DNA from: the human T2T-CHM13v2.0 reference genome, Homo sapiens
Length of the DNA stretch: 64,000 nucleotides
Assembly: GCF_009914755.1 (NCBI RefSeq)
Contig: NC_060930.1
Strand: one strand, 5' to 3'
Below the pieces are notes generated by a model. It made no database searches, was not told where the DNA came from, and saw only the letters and a program-made list of their open reading frames with translations. Made by a program: the position numbers and the translations under genes. This document shows, in pieces, positions 30,059 to 44,500 of this stretch. Each line of letters begins with the position of its first letter. Position 1 is the first letter of the stretch.

Positions 30059-30689
30059 CTAGTAGGAGAAACAGACAATAAATAAGAAATAAACAGACAT
30101 AACAATATCAGTAATGTTTGATAGAATGGTCTTTCTAGGGAGATGGTGTCCGTGGAGAGGCTTTGGAGGAGCAGCAGGCAGTGTGGCTGGGGATGGTGAG
30201 CATGGTAGGTGGCTGGAGGGGATGTAGGCAGAACTGATCTTTGAGCAGCCTTGAAGACTGTTGTGCCTACGAATTTACAGGCCTTGGCAATGGTGACTGA
30301 CTGGACACAGGAAAAAAGTGAGAGGGCAGGGACAGAAGTCAACATGAGGTTCTGAGCCAGTGTGACTGGCGAGCTGCTGGTTTGCCTAGATCGGGATGGA
30401 GATAGGACCTGTGATGAATTCTGAACTCTTGTCTCATCCTGCTAAGTCTGAGTTGGCTCGAGGAAATTCAAATGGACATGTACAGTTTCCACTGGAGATA
30501 GTCCTGGAGCTTAGCAGCAAGGCTGGGGATGAAAACACACAGTTTAAAGTTATCTTAGAGGAGACCCTTGAGCCCACACACACGGATGTGTTACTGAGGG
30601 TAATGAGAGTGGGGAAGGAAATGACAGTTGGTCAGATGTAGCTCGAGTCCTGGCTCTGCCACTTCCCACCTTCCTGTACTTCCTCATCT

Positions 30690-31143
30690 GTGTGATGAAT
30701 TTAAAATGGTCACGAACCATTTTGATGTTGTTTTTATTCCCTCATCTTGAATGTGGGCTGGCCCTGTGACTACCCCCAGCCACTGGAGCACAGAGGAAAT
30801 GATGCTGCTCTGGTTCCAGGCTTAGACCTAAGAGGAGTGACAGCATCTGCCTCATTCTTCTGGAGCCCTGAGTTACTAAGTAAGAACTTCTACCCTAAGT
30901 CTGCCATGTTGTGAGGAAGCCCACAGGTGAAGAGGCTGGGCAGAGAAATACAGAAGGTTACTTAAATAGCCAAGACATTCCAGAGGAGGCTCCAGACACC
31001 ATGGGAGAGACAGAAGTTATTCTTCCTCCATCCTGTCCACATTCCTAGCCCACAAAACGATGAGGTATAAGAATAATCAATTGTTGTCTTAAGGTACTAA
31101 GTTTTGTAGAAGTTTGTTATTCAGCAATAGATAAATGGAATAG
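30690..31143 (+). mobile_element. MLT1F/G/H-type LTR
   Basis: 'gccatgttgtgaggaagccca'; terminus 'ctaagttttgtagaagtttgttattcagcaatagataa'. Confidence 0.65.
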
Positions 31144-31399
31144 TATGTAAAATGGGATAATAATTTATATCTTATTTGATTGCTAGAAGGAGGATGTAAA
31201 ATGCCAAGTACAGTTTCTGGCACTGGATAGGTACTAAATCAATACTCTTTTTCTTTCTCTTTGAAAGGCTTATGCTATAAAGTCAAAATCTGTGAGGTTC
31301 AGCCTTGTGAAATGACATCAAATAAGCTGAAGTCCTATTTCATGTCTATTTTTTTAAACATATGGAAATGACAACTGACCATAGGCTATCTTCCCTATG

Positions 31400-31950
31400 C
31401 TAGATTGCCTATTCTCCCCTCAGTTACACTGGTCTCAAGGCATGTTCTCCTGGTCACTCTTTCCAGAATCTGATCTAATTGAAAATTCTCCGTTTGAGTG
31501 AGTTGCCCTAGAAGGGCCGCCTTAGGTGTGGTCAGTGCAGTGCTGGTCAGAAGTGTGTCTCCTCACTTTGTTGGGACACACCACCCCACTCACCATGCTG
31601 GCAGAACAGACCAATACTGTAGGCTTCTAGGATTCTGCTTCTATTATTCAGTGTGTTTACTATCACTTTCAGTTTCATGATATCACAGACTCGATCAATT
31701 ATACTGTTACTCTTCTTATCCAAATCATTTATCAAAATGTCGGACAAGTCTGCAGTGAGGGTAGAGCCAATAGAGACCTCACTATCTGTTGACATTTGTT
31801 CATTAATAGGCCCTGTTGGGTATGTTTGTTCAACCAGTTATGTGTGAATCACCCAGCACTTCTGTCATCCAGCCCACATTTTTTCCCATCTGTTTATGGG
31901 AGTATTCAGTTTCACTCTTTAGCATATACGATCTGCTTTTGTTCCACTGC
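31400..31950 (-). mobile_element. CR1/L3 LINE reverse-transcriptase relic
   Basis: Minus-strand peptide EVSIGSTLTADLSDILINDLD...RVCDIMKL resembles the CR1 RT motif [21 protein letters not shown]...KFADDTKL. Confidence 0.6.
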
Positions 31951-32519
31951 AATAGCTGGTGTTGTTTGCCTAACTGTGATAGGTGCCACTGCAGGCAGGA
32001 GCCACGTCCTGTTTTTCTTAGATGACCTCTATGTTGAACATGTAGGAAGTGCTCAGCGAGCTCTTGAATGAGCTCTTTCAACCATATCATTCCATCAGGA
32101 TGCCTGCTTTCTTACATGTGTCTGTTCTGACCCTGCATCTTAGCATACATCTAAGGAAACTTACATCTAAAGAAGGAAATTCTACAATATGTGACAACAC
32201 GAATGACTCTTGAGGACATAGCACATTTCTGTTTATAATTATCTTATACGTAGGATATGTGAAAAAATACTCAATTTGATTTAAATTCCTGTTTTAAGAG
32301 AATCAACTACATTTAACCTAGGATGAATCCTTAACAGTTGGATTATGGAAAATTATACAAATCAGGAAGAGCAGCTAAGAAAGGTTTGCCTTAGGCTCCT
32401 CCAGGAGAGAGCTGCACTATAAAGATGTAAGCTAAGATGCAGCTCCAAAAAGTGAAGCTGCTTACTAACAATGAGCTGGAGCTCACTGAAGATGAGTAGA
32501 TGCTGGCTGTGTGGGAATA

Positions 32520-33688
<1,169 letters not shown>

Positions 33689-33939
33689 TGAACTTGGTGA
33701 GTTCATAGGCACTTAGTGTGTAGAAAACTTGTTAAAATGCTGTTTAGCCACTGAGAGCAGAGACAGTCAAAACAGATTGACCAAGGCCAAATTAAGAAGA
33801 GATCATTTTAATGGTTATAAATCTTTATTTTTAAATTTTCTTCTATTTTTATTTTGATTATTTATGACCAATAAGAGAAGTTTAAAACTTTTGTCCAATC
33901 AAACCATATTTATTGAGATGGTTATTAAATCATGGTCAA

Positions 33940-34150
33940 GACCGTGGAACAGATTATCTACATTCAACGCAGCCACCTCAGTCATTAGCTGGGGTGAATT
34001 ATTTAACATCTTGCGGCCTCAGTTGCATCATCTGGAAACTCTTCATACAATTTGTTGGAATTATTAAATCAGATAAGAGATGTAAAAGACTTAGAACAGT
34101 GCCTGGCATATAGGCATTGCTATTTAAGTGACAAGTATTAGTATTTATTT
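33940..34150 (+). mobile_element. MIR
   Basis: 'cctcagttgcatcatctggaaa...tgtaaaagacttagaacagtgcctggcatatagg'. Confidence 0.7.
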
Positions 34151-34728
34151 GGATACTCAGGTAATATTTTCTCTGGACTCTATTCAAATCCTAACATTGT
34201 TCTTTCTTAAATTGAAATTGCTGCTATGCAACTTTAAGAAATGCACTTAGAGACCATAAATTGGTAAAGAGATGATTAGAAAGAAAAGACATTTAGAATT
34301 CTTTTAGGGCATGCCCCAGACCTTCAAAGAGCAAAGTCAGTCACTGTCACTGAAAGGCACAAAAAGAGTAACACTTTCTGATTTGTGGATCTGCATTATT
34401 TATGCCAGTAATTCTCAAATTTTAAAACATCACCTGGGGTGCAGCTTAAAAACACAGACACTTCCTGTTGAACCTCCTCTTCCTGTCAACTTCAGAAATT
34501 AAGATTCAGTAGTTTTGGAAGTTCAGAAGCCAGAACTCTTAATGAGCCCTGCAGATAATTTTTAGTCTTCCTTCCTCCTTGCTCTTTCATGACTCTTTTC
34601 CTCTCCATTTTTCATTCATTCATTCACCCATCCATCTGCAGTGCCTATCACTTGAATTCCCTTCCTAAGTTTATATAATCCAGAAATTAAAATATTAGAT
34701 ATTTGCTCATACTGAAACCTGGCAGTAA

Positions 34729-34806
34729 AAACATAGACATGTGACTTAAACATAGATGTGTGATCGAAACACAGATGTGTGACTGAAACACACAGATGTG
34801 TGACTT
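34729..34806. repeat. ~19-bp tandem repeat, four copies
   Basis: aaacatagacatgtgactt / aaacatagatgtgtgatcg / aaacacagatgtgtgactg / aaacacacagatgtgtgactt. Confidence 0.9.
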
Positions 34807-35099
34807 AAGCCCATCAGAGACCTGAATCTAGAGTAAGGGTGTGAGGACACAAGGGCAGCTCAGGGTTCACAGCTATGGTGGCAACTGACCGATTCCTGGG
34901 ATGTGGCCCTCACAAGTTTCCATCAGTCTGGTTTTCGACCCTGGCTCTCTAGGCGTAGCTTACCCCAAATGCATGATTACTTCACAGCCATCTGAGAAAC
35001 TCTTTTTTTTTTTTTACCTTAGGTTAACCAGTGTTGGTTCCTGTTGTTTACAACCAAGAATCCTGAGAAGTTCATATGTAGCCCACACATAAGCTGAAG

Positions 35100-36170
35100 T
35101 ATTGCCTTATGACATATTCTGAATATTCCAATTATTTTGCAAATAATTCCACTAAGAGATTAATACATTCTAGAGCATGTAGCTGTGGTTCATTCATTTT
35201 CATAACTGTGTAATATTTCATTGAATAAATTTGCTCTTTCTATATTTTCAAACCACTTTATTGAGATATTGTTGAAATGTTAAAAAGTTGTACATATTGA
35301 ATGTATGTAACTGGATTTTGAGGGTAAGTATACACCCATGAAACTATCACTACCATCCATCACCTCCTAGCTTTCTCTCACCCCCTTTATCATCATCATC
35401 ATTAGTATTATTTGTGCTGTAATATATTTATCCATTTTATTTTTGATGGACATTTGATATTGATGGGTATTGTTTTCAAGTTTTGCATTACAATGCTGAT
35501 ATAAGGATTTCTGTATGTATATTTTAGTGTACATGAAAAAGTATTTTTCTGTGATATATTCCTGAGAATAGAATTGCTAAATCATAGAAAATGCATATGT
35601 TTAAACTTATTAGATAATGCTATTTTTCTAAAGTGAGTAAAACAACTTATTCTCCCACCAGGAGTTACTGAGAGAATTTAAATATTTGCCTAAAAGTCCT
35701 TTAATATTTTGTTACATTTATGGCTAGGTATTTTATGTTTTGGTTGCTTTTATAAGTAGTAATTTTTTATTTTTTAACCATCAGTTACTGGTGTATAGAT
35801 ATGCAGCTGACTTTTGTATATCAAATTTATGTCTAGAAACCTTACTAATCTCAGATTTATTTGGGTTTTTTCTGGGAAAGACAATCATATTATCTGGAAA
35901 TAATGCCAATTTTGTTTTTAAATTTGTAGTTCTTATACTTTGTATTTCTTTTTCTTGTCTTATTGCACAATGTGGGAACCTTCAGTAGAATGTTCACTAT
36001 AAATGGCACTGGCAAACATTTTTGCTTTATTTGACTTTAAAGGAGTTGCTTTTAATATTTGACTATTTAATATGACATATGCTGTATTTAAATCTTTAAA
36101 AAAGTCTAAGAAAAATTTTCTATTTCTAGTTTGCTAAGAATATTTTTTAAAAACATAAACAATTGTTGCT
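35100..36170 (-). mobile_element. Old L1M (L1ME-class) fragments
   Basis: AT-rich antisense L1 motifs 'ttttgatggacatttg', 'gacttttgtatatcaaatttatgtctagaaacctt', 'ctttaaaggagttgcttttaatattt'. Confidence 0.7.
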
Positions 36171-36604
36171 AATTAAGTTCTAACTTACACCTGCTTTAAA
36201 GGGTTCAAAAGATTTTCTGTATTCTTGCCCTTTTATTTTTTCCTTGAAGCCTGGAATATTGTTTTCATAATTAGCTGTTAAGCTAACATTCACACTCATA
36301 CACACAGGCATTCATTCATTCACTCATCAAGACTTTATTGAGTGTCTGCCAACTGAGGTATGCAGAAGATACAAAAGTCTACTGAGTAAAATAAGAAGTA
36401 CACCAACAATTAATAGGGATTTCCCATCTGCACTTCGTGGTTGCTTCAGGGTTTGATATTACTCTTCAGAGGCAAGCAGCCAGAATCGAAAGAACAAGCT
36501 TAAGGAATGATACTATAGCATGGCCCTGAGATCATGGTAGGTGCTCTGTAGAGAGGTCTCTATCAAATGTCACGGAATAGTGAAACCAGGGAGTCGAGCA
36601 GGAC

Positions 36605-37050
36605 TTATTCTTAGAATCATCAGCATTTAGGGCTGGAAGATACCTCAAGGCCACTTGGCTGAAACTCTCATGTGGTACTCTTTTTGACAGATGTCTAGTC
36701 ATTGCTTGTGTACTTCCAGTCAAGGATGGAAAACTCCACAAAACACTCTGACCATTGTTTGTCACTGTAATTGTTAGAACAATTTTTCTTAAATTGAGGT
36801 GAACTTTCCCTCCTGGTGGTCTTTTCCTTGTGATCTCACTATGCCCCATGCATCCACCAAAAACCTTCCCCTGCCTCTCTATATGTTGGCTTTCCACATA
36901 AGAGAATGCAGGTATCATGTCTCCTGAGACTTCTCCAATCCAGAGTAAACACTTCCCAGTTCCTTCCACAGCTTCTCATAAGAATTCTTTCCCAACTACT
37001 CACCATTCCTCTTCTGGGCACACTGCTTTCATCAACATCTCTCTTCAAAC
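36605..37050 (-). mobile_element. CR1/L3 3' region
   Basis: 'tagaatcatcagcatttagggctggaagatacctcaagg...ctgtaattgttagaacaatttttcttaaattgag' is antisense L3-like. Confidence 0.6.
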
Positions 37051-38981
37051 TTAGCATCAAAGTCACATGAAATCACCATGATTTGTGATCATGAAGCTGA
37101 CACCTTCTTGTCCTCACTATTACCCATTCCACCTAGCTTTTCCATATTCATCTCTGAATGAATCCCTACTTTCTCCTTTCAAAACCAGGGCACCTTGGAG
37201 AGACATGTAGGTGTCATTACAAGTAAAGGTGATGCAGAAGGAAATACATCAATTTTTCCAGAAAGATAATGAGCTACGTGAATGGGTAACTGCTCCAGTG
37301 CTCAGAAGAGCAGTTCTTTATGGTGCTAAGACATTAAGAACCTTCTCTCCACAGTCCAGGAAAGAAGGCATTGTATGGTACTGTGAATAATATACAAAAC
37401 AACCCTTTACATTAAAGAAAATAATGCACTTATATTTGTTGTGATATTCACCATTGCTTTTGAAATGCAAATGTCAAATATGCATAATGACATAACGTAG
37501 TGCTGGAGTAGCTGTGGGGCCTTGGTTGAATCACCCAATTTCTCCAATCTTCAGTTTCTTTTTCAATTCACCCAGTGTCTTCTTCAACTATGAAATAGCA
37601 TGACAGTAATAATCACTTGCAAATCTACCTCCCAGGAAGAACGTGTTGGACCTTCACAAACTATGACCAGCCTTCAAATGCAAAACATTATTGTCATAGT
37701 GAGTGTGGTTTTGTCAGAGTGAGATAATATTGTCAAAATAACAAAATCCAACTCAAACGTGCACTGCTTTTGCATTCTTAAATTGCTCCAAAGTATTTAT
37801 CCATAATTTTTAGATACAGAATGGTCTAGAAGACATTAAAATTCTCAGAACAACCTGTTGAATGTTGTCTTACTTCTCGTTGTTCATCAAGCACATCACC
37901 TTATGGATTGCCTGGAGCATATATCTAATTTTCTATTTAGAAACAAATGTTGTTTTCACCAATTACTCCACTGGGGGTCATTCCCCAACTCATGACCTTT
38001 CTTCTTGTGGATGAGATCATTGAGAAGTGGCTGTCCAGCCAAGAAAACTGACACTCCAGACAACTAGCCCCAGAGATGCCCAGACTCTTCCTGAGGTCCC
38101 AGTTCCTACTTTTATCTCTGGTCCCTGATGCCTGTGGAGCTTTCTGCCCAACCCATTTTAGCTTTTGACTGCACAAGAAGAATAAGAGGTACAAATACGG
38201 CCAGAGAAGACAATTAATTACTAATATAAGCCAATCCAAAGGGGCTTTAAAAGGAGCATTCTAACCTTTTGAGAATCATAAATAATGTAGATAATTTCCC
38301 CATGTTTTATGCAAGTATAATTTTTTGGTGGTAAACAGTAAGATGAGATATAGATATATCTATATTTCCCATCCAAAACTGTATGTAATTAGCATTTGGA
38401 AGACTGTAATTATAGCCTGGTTGGGCTTTTTTGTAGGTGCTAAAATTGATTTCTTGGCTGAATTATTTTGCAATAGACTTAAACTACTAATTGTTCACCT
38501 AAATGAAATTGAGTGTGAACAAATCAAATAACTTTTATTTTACCTTGGATAACAATTTATTGATGCAAATAAAACTCCTTAATTAAATCTGGCATAGCCA
38601 GACCTGTGGAGGCCCCACATAAAGGCATTCTGTCACCCAGCTTTAGTGACTATTTTAATTTTAGAATAATGCTCTGCTATTCCTAGAGAGGATTGTGTAT
38701 CTATTAAGGCCAGCAGGGGTAGTGAGTGTCAGTTCAGTACCTCTTTGAATCGCAGACAGATGTAGGACAGATCTTTTTTGAAAGCAGTGCTGCTCATTTA
38801 CAAATTTTAATTAAATACATCCAAAATTGATACATACATTACTATTCCTAAAAATAGCCTCTTAATTCAGAAACTGTCAAAGTCCCTCAAAAAGAGAGAA
38901 AATGGGTGAAAAATGGAGACACACTTTTATCCTGATCAATACATCTTAGGTACTTGATCAAAGAGAAATAGTTTAGATAAA

Positions 38982-39785
<804 letters not shown>

Positions 39786-40511
39786 TACCAATAAGAGAAA
39801 AAAATATTGTAGCACAGTTTGTAAATCTATTTGATATACACAGTCTGTATATCAAATGGAGTGAAAAACTGCAAATAAGAAATGCTTTATATATTCTCAG
39901 CTTCCTTTAATTCTCATTAATCAGTAATAACCTTAAAGTATGTAAAAGTATAACATAAAATGATGGCAGCTTCTTACTGTTCCCAGTGAGATTAGAACAA
40001 GAGGAATGAGAATGGAGCTGCAATGAGAAAGCATTAAGGCAATATTCGTCTGTGTCAAAGTGGTGCAGCATTTGCAATATCTTCACAGGGAATTCTGCTC
40101 TGGTCTCCTCTGGGATATCCTAGCAAAGTGGCGGGGTCCGGTCTGTTAGAGATGACCAAGTGGAGACGCTCTAGAAGAAAGGTGAGAGGTTAGCTCAGGT
40201 TTTCAAACTGTGTTTCATGGAACATTGATGTTTCATAAGGCATATAAGTGGTTCCTGAAAGTGGGGGCAAGAGCAGACATGATTAATATATGCAACTTCT
40301 CTCCCTCTATAAATGAAAAAGGACTTATTTCTGCAGTTACCACATATGTCTAGGTTTATCAGACTATTTATTCACTCCAGGGGCTTTTTCCTCTTGAGTC
40401 TTTGGCTTGTAACTGAACTATCTTTCCCTAGTGAGGCCTTGAGAAAGTTTCTGGGATTCAAATACCCAGGTTCCTCCGTATGGATGTCGTGATTTCTTTT
40501 TATAGTCTAGT

Positions 40512-40522
40512 GTATGTGTGTG

Positions 40523-40556
<34 letters not shown>
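40512..40556. repeat. (TG)n-(CA)n microsatellite
   Basis: tgtatgtgtgtgtatacacacacacac... Confidence 0.9.
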
Positions 40557-40559
<3 letters not shown>

Positions 40560-40852
40560 CTGATGCAAGCACATGCCCTCAAAGCAAAGGAAAAAGATAG
40601 ATGTCTCCCTATGCCTTTCTAAGCTTTTGTATATTATACCTCACATTGTCAGCTCTAAAACCCTATATTACTGGCTTACTGAATGAACTGCACTTGGTAG
40701 GTTGAAGTTATCAAATGCCCCCTCATACGTATCATATGCCCACACCCACCTTACTCTTCTGAATTCTTCTCTTCTGACTTTGGGTGGACTCTTGCTTTTC
40801 TGGATTATATCACATATTAACAAGTAGTCGCTTTCTTTGCAGGTGCAGCTAT

Positions 40853-41343
40853 TGCCTTAGTTTGGGAACTCCTGAAAGTAGAACATGGGGCAGGACTTGG
40901 GAGCAGTTACTTTAAGTGGGAGGAAAATCCTGGAGGCAGGAGTGAGAGAGCAGGGAGGGTGAGACAGGGAAGGAGAGACACTAATAGAATGGTGCATTAT
41001 TGAGATGGCTGCTGTGTGCAATGGGGGATTGATCCTGCTGTGGCCTCTGAGAAAGGTACAAGAAGCCTCTTGGTGTTTCTCATCTGAGTGATGGGAGGTG
41101 GGAACCTTCATCCATAGGCTTGTATCTCCCACTGCTGGAGGATTGCCCCTGGCGTGGTAATGCCCCTGCACTTCTGGGCTGTGTTGATCCTGGGCCAAAT
41201 GGGCTGAGAAGTCTTCTGAGAAGGCCCTGCAGCAAAACTGGCTCGAGCGTGAGTTTGCATGGAACTACCCACTGCAGCTATGGCTGAAATCAACAGTGGC
41301 AAAGGGCATGACATGGTGTGGGGCATCCCGAACATCTCCTGCA
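40853..41343 (-). mobile_element. LTR16-family LTR (3' LTR of the adjacent ERV-L-type provirus)
   Basis: Starts on + with 'tgccttagtttgggaactcc' (reverse of an LTR16-type end) and abuts the internal region. Confidence 0.75.
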
Positions 41344-41449
41344 GTCTACTTTGCCCTGCTCAGATCTACCCATGCCCTACATGAAGTCAACCCAGTTAGT
41401 ACATCCTCAAGGTGACAGCAGATCCCACACTTTTAAAAGTATATGTCCT

Positions 41450-41549
41450 GCTGAATATGGTGGCATGTGCCTATAGTCCCAGCTACTCCAGAGGCTGAGG
41501 TGAGAGGATCGCTTGAGCCCAGGAGTTCGAGGCCAGCCTGGGCAACATG
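41450..41549 (+). mobile_element. FLAM-type Alu monomer lacking its 3' end and poly(A) tail
   Basis: FLAM-like sequence ending at 'gggcaacatg'; TSD AAGTA(T/C)ATGTCC at 41437-41448 and 41550-41561. Confidence 0.85.
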
Positions 41550-44500
41550 AAGTACATGTCCCATGCTAAAGTACCAGCGGATGCAGGCAGTTCTGATTAA
41601 GCCAGCTGTAATTAATTCCTCATCTCCCTTCCCCATTACCCATTTTAGATTTCTCCTACTCTTAGTGGCGCCTATGTGATTTAGGTTGTTTACCAGGTGA
41701 AGTAACCCAGTAACTTGGTGAGCAGTTCAAGCCCTTTTGTGTGCTTCCATTGCTAGCCCCTGGCTGTGCAACCACTCCACTATTGCTGAGCTTGAAAAAC
41801 CAAGAGAGGCACCAAGGAATACCCTGTTATGCATATACCCACTCCTGCCTCCATTACCCCCTTCTCTGCCTGCTGGTTGATGAACATTAGCCCAAAGTGA
41901 CCTGATGGCCTGCACAGCTTTAGGTTTAGTGGAACCACTGCTATATTCTCTAGTGAAAACACTTCTTTTCTAGGAGGACAAGACTTCTAATCTCAGAGCC
42001 AGTAATTGGAGGGAAGAGAAGTTCAAATTCCCAAAGTGGGTCACTCAGAGTGATGGTGAGAGGAGTTAATCCTAATTCTACCCTTTGGTTCACAGACTCA
42101 TGTATTCTAGCCATTGGGGACGTAGTTTCATGCAATGGTCAGTTCAATACCCACCTTGCATCATAGAGGAAGTACCTCCACCCTATAGGGTGTCGTCCCT
42201 TAGGTAGCTTAGCTAAGCCTTTAAAAGAGATCTGTCAGGGAGCCTCTTTCAGGGGTGTGGTATGTGGTAGGATGGTAGATCCTGTGGTCCTGCACTCACT
42301 CTGATGCCTCCCTCACAGTGAAACAGGTTCCACTAACAGTGGTGATGTCTGCAGGATTTCATGTCAGTACGTCAGGTGCCCTGCACATCTGTGGATAGTG
42401 GTGTTCTCAGAGGCACTGCAGCAGAGAAGGAAAAGCAAACTCACATTCAGAATAGAGGTAAATTCTGGTAAAGATGAACTCTGCCCCCTCTAGGTGGAAG
42501 TGGTCTGATCTAATACATTTATTTATTTGGTAATAAATAAATAAATAATAAATTTACCAATTGTCTTGGTGAAAAAGAGTCCATGCTGGATGATGGATGA
42601 GGCCTTGAATAATGGCCTTCCCTGCCACTATGGCCACTCTCCATTTATTGTACAAGCACTGGGGTGGCTGGGGACAGAGGATGACTGACATCTACCAGCC
42701 GGTTCCTCCCATCTACCTGGTTAGTGAGTGTCCCATCTGTGCCGAATCTTCTCTAGTGGCATTGATGTGAGATACAAAGATCTGCACATTTTGCGGCCAC
42801 TTCCAACAGTTCATCTACATGCTTCTTCCCACACCACTTTGTCTCTGATCATCTAAACTTGCCCCTTCTAAACCCCAGACCAAGACTAGCCAAGTTATTT
42901 GCCACTACATGGAAGTCCATGTATATCCTTATCTCATACCACTTCTCCGGGCATGCAAAGTGGACAAACAAGCACACTGCTCACAGCTCTACCCTCTAGG
43001 AGAGTTTCCCTTCATCACTGTCCTTTAGGGCCACCAAAGTGGTAGTTTTGACAGCTGTCCACTCTCAGGCAGCATTGATTATCTGAACCAATCCAGCCAT
43101 GAACCAGGAATGAGCTGTGTTGTTCCTCCTTCATCAGTGAATCATAGAGTTCCTTCACTCCTGCCCCCATATTTATAGATGTGAGCTGAGAGACGTGTCA
43201 GGACAGCAGAGGTAGGTGACATGGAGCCCTGGGCCACCCTATACCCTCTGGACTTGCTCAGACCTGGTCCTGAATATACCATTTTCATCAAACCTTACCA
43301 ACTTGTTAGATCTGACAATGTCCAGTATGTAATAGGAAACTCCTATCATATAATCACTTGATGTCCCACTTTCAGGTGCTTGATCTCTCTTGACCCCTTA
43401 TCACATCAGAAGCTGTTTTTTTGAGTGGTGAGTAATTAAACAATAAATAGTCTCTTGAATGGAGTAGACGTGGCTTTCTCCAGAACCCTACCCATTCTGT
43501 ATTGCAAATCTATTAGGGTTTGTCCAAGGTTTCCTGTAGCATCTTTTTCTACCATGGATACCCCAAGCACTGTTGGATCTGTTGAATTATATGGCCTCAA
43601 CAGCAGAGTACATTGTCCTGAAGCCTAGAATTTCTGCAGTTTTCTTATGCTTTGGGTCCCACTCAAAACTGGTAGACTTCTAATGACCCAATAAATGAGT
43701 CAAATAAATAATCTCAAGCGCAATATTGGCTGCCTCCAAAGATCCAAAGTGGCCCACCAAACAATATACCTTTTCATAGGGGTAATCTTTTACCTTAGGA
43801 TGCTGCAAACCATGGGACTCCTAAAATCTTCACCAATATGGCAGGACTTTGATACTGTAAATGATTTATGTTTCACTTTCATATGTTTTACTATGACATC
43901 CAGAGTACCGGCCACTTCCTGTTCACCAAGTCCAATTAACATAATGTCAGCAATATAGTATACCAGCATGGTGTGTCAAGGTGACAGAGAGAAAGAGAAT
44001 ATATATAGCCTTGGGGAAAGACAGTGAATGTGTACTCATATCCTTTCTTAGTAAAGCAGAACTGATCTTGACCAGCCTTCCTGAGGAGGCTTGAAGATGA
44101 CTTGTTTGCCAGATGGATAGCCACAACCCAGGTACAAAAGGCTGTGCTGATCTGTTCCAGTGAAGATACCACATCCAATTCGGCAGCTACATGCAATTGG
44201 GACTACAACTTAGATAATGTTTCAGTAGTCTGCTGTTATTCATGAAAATCCATCTATTTTTTGCAGAGACGGTGTAGATGGATTGAATGGGGATATGATG
44301 GGGACGACCACCCCTGCATTTGCTAAGTTCTTGAGCATGGCATCGATCTCAGCCATTCCACTGGAATAGGGTATTGCTTTGATTTGCTATCTTAGGTGGG
44401 AATGGGCACTTTCTGGGTTTCCATTTGTTTCTTCCTTCCTGGTTCTTATTTCACAGGTCAGGAAAACAAAACGTGAGGGCTCTACCAGCTGCTCAGTCTA

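Noticed and set aside
38348-38365. 18-bp perfect palindrome ATATAGATATATCTATAT
   Set aside because: Low-complexity AT/AG sequence that arises easily by slippage.
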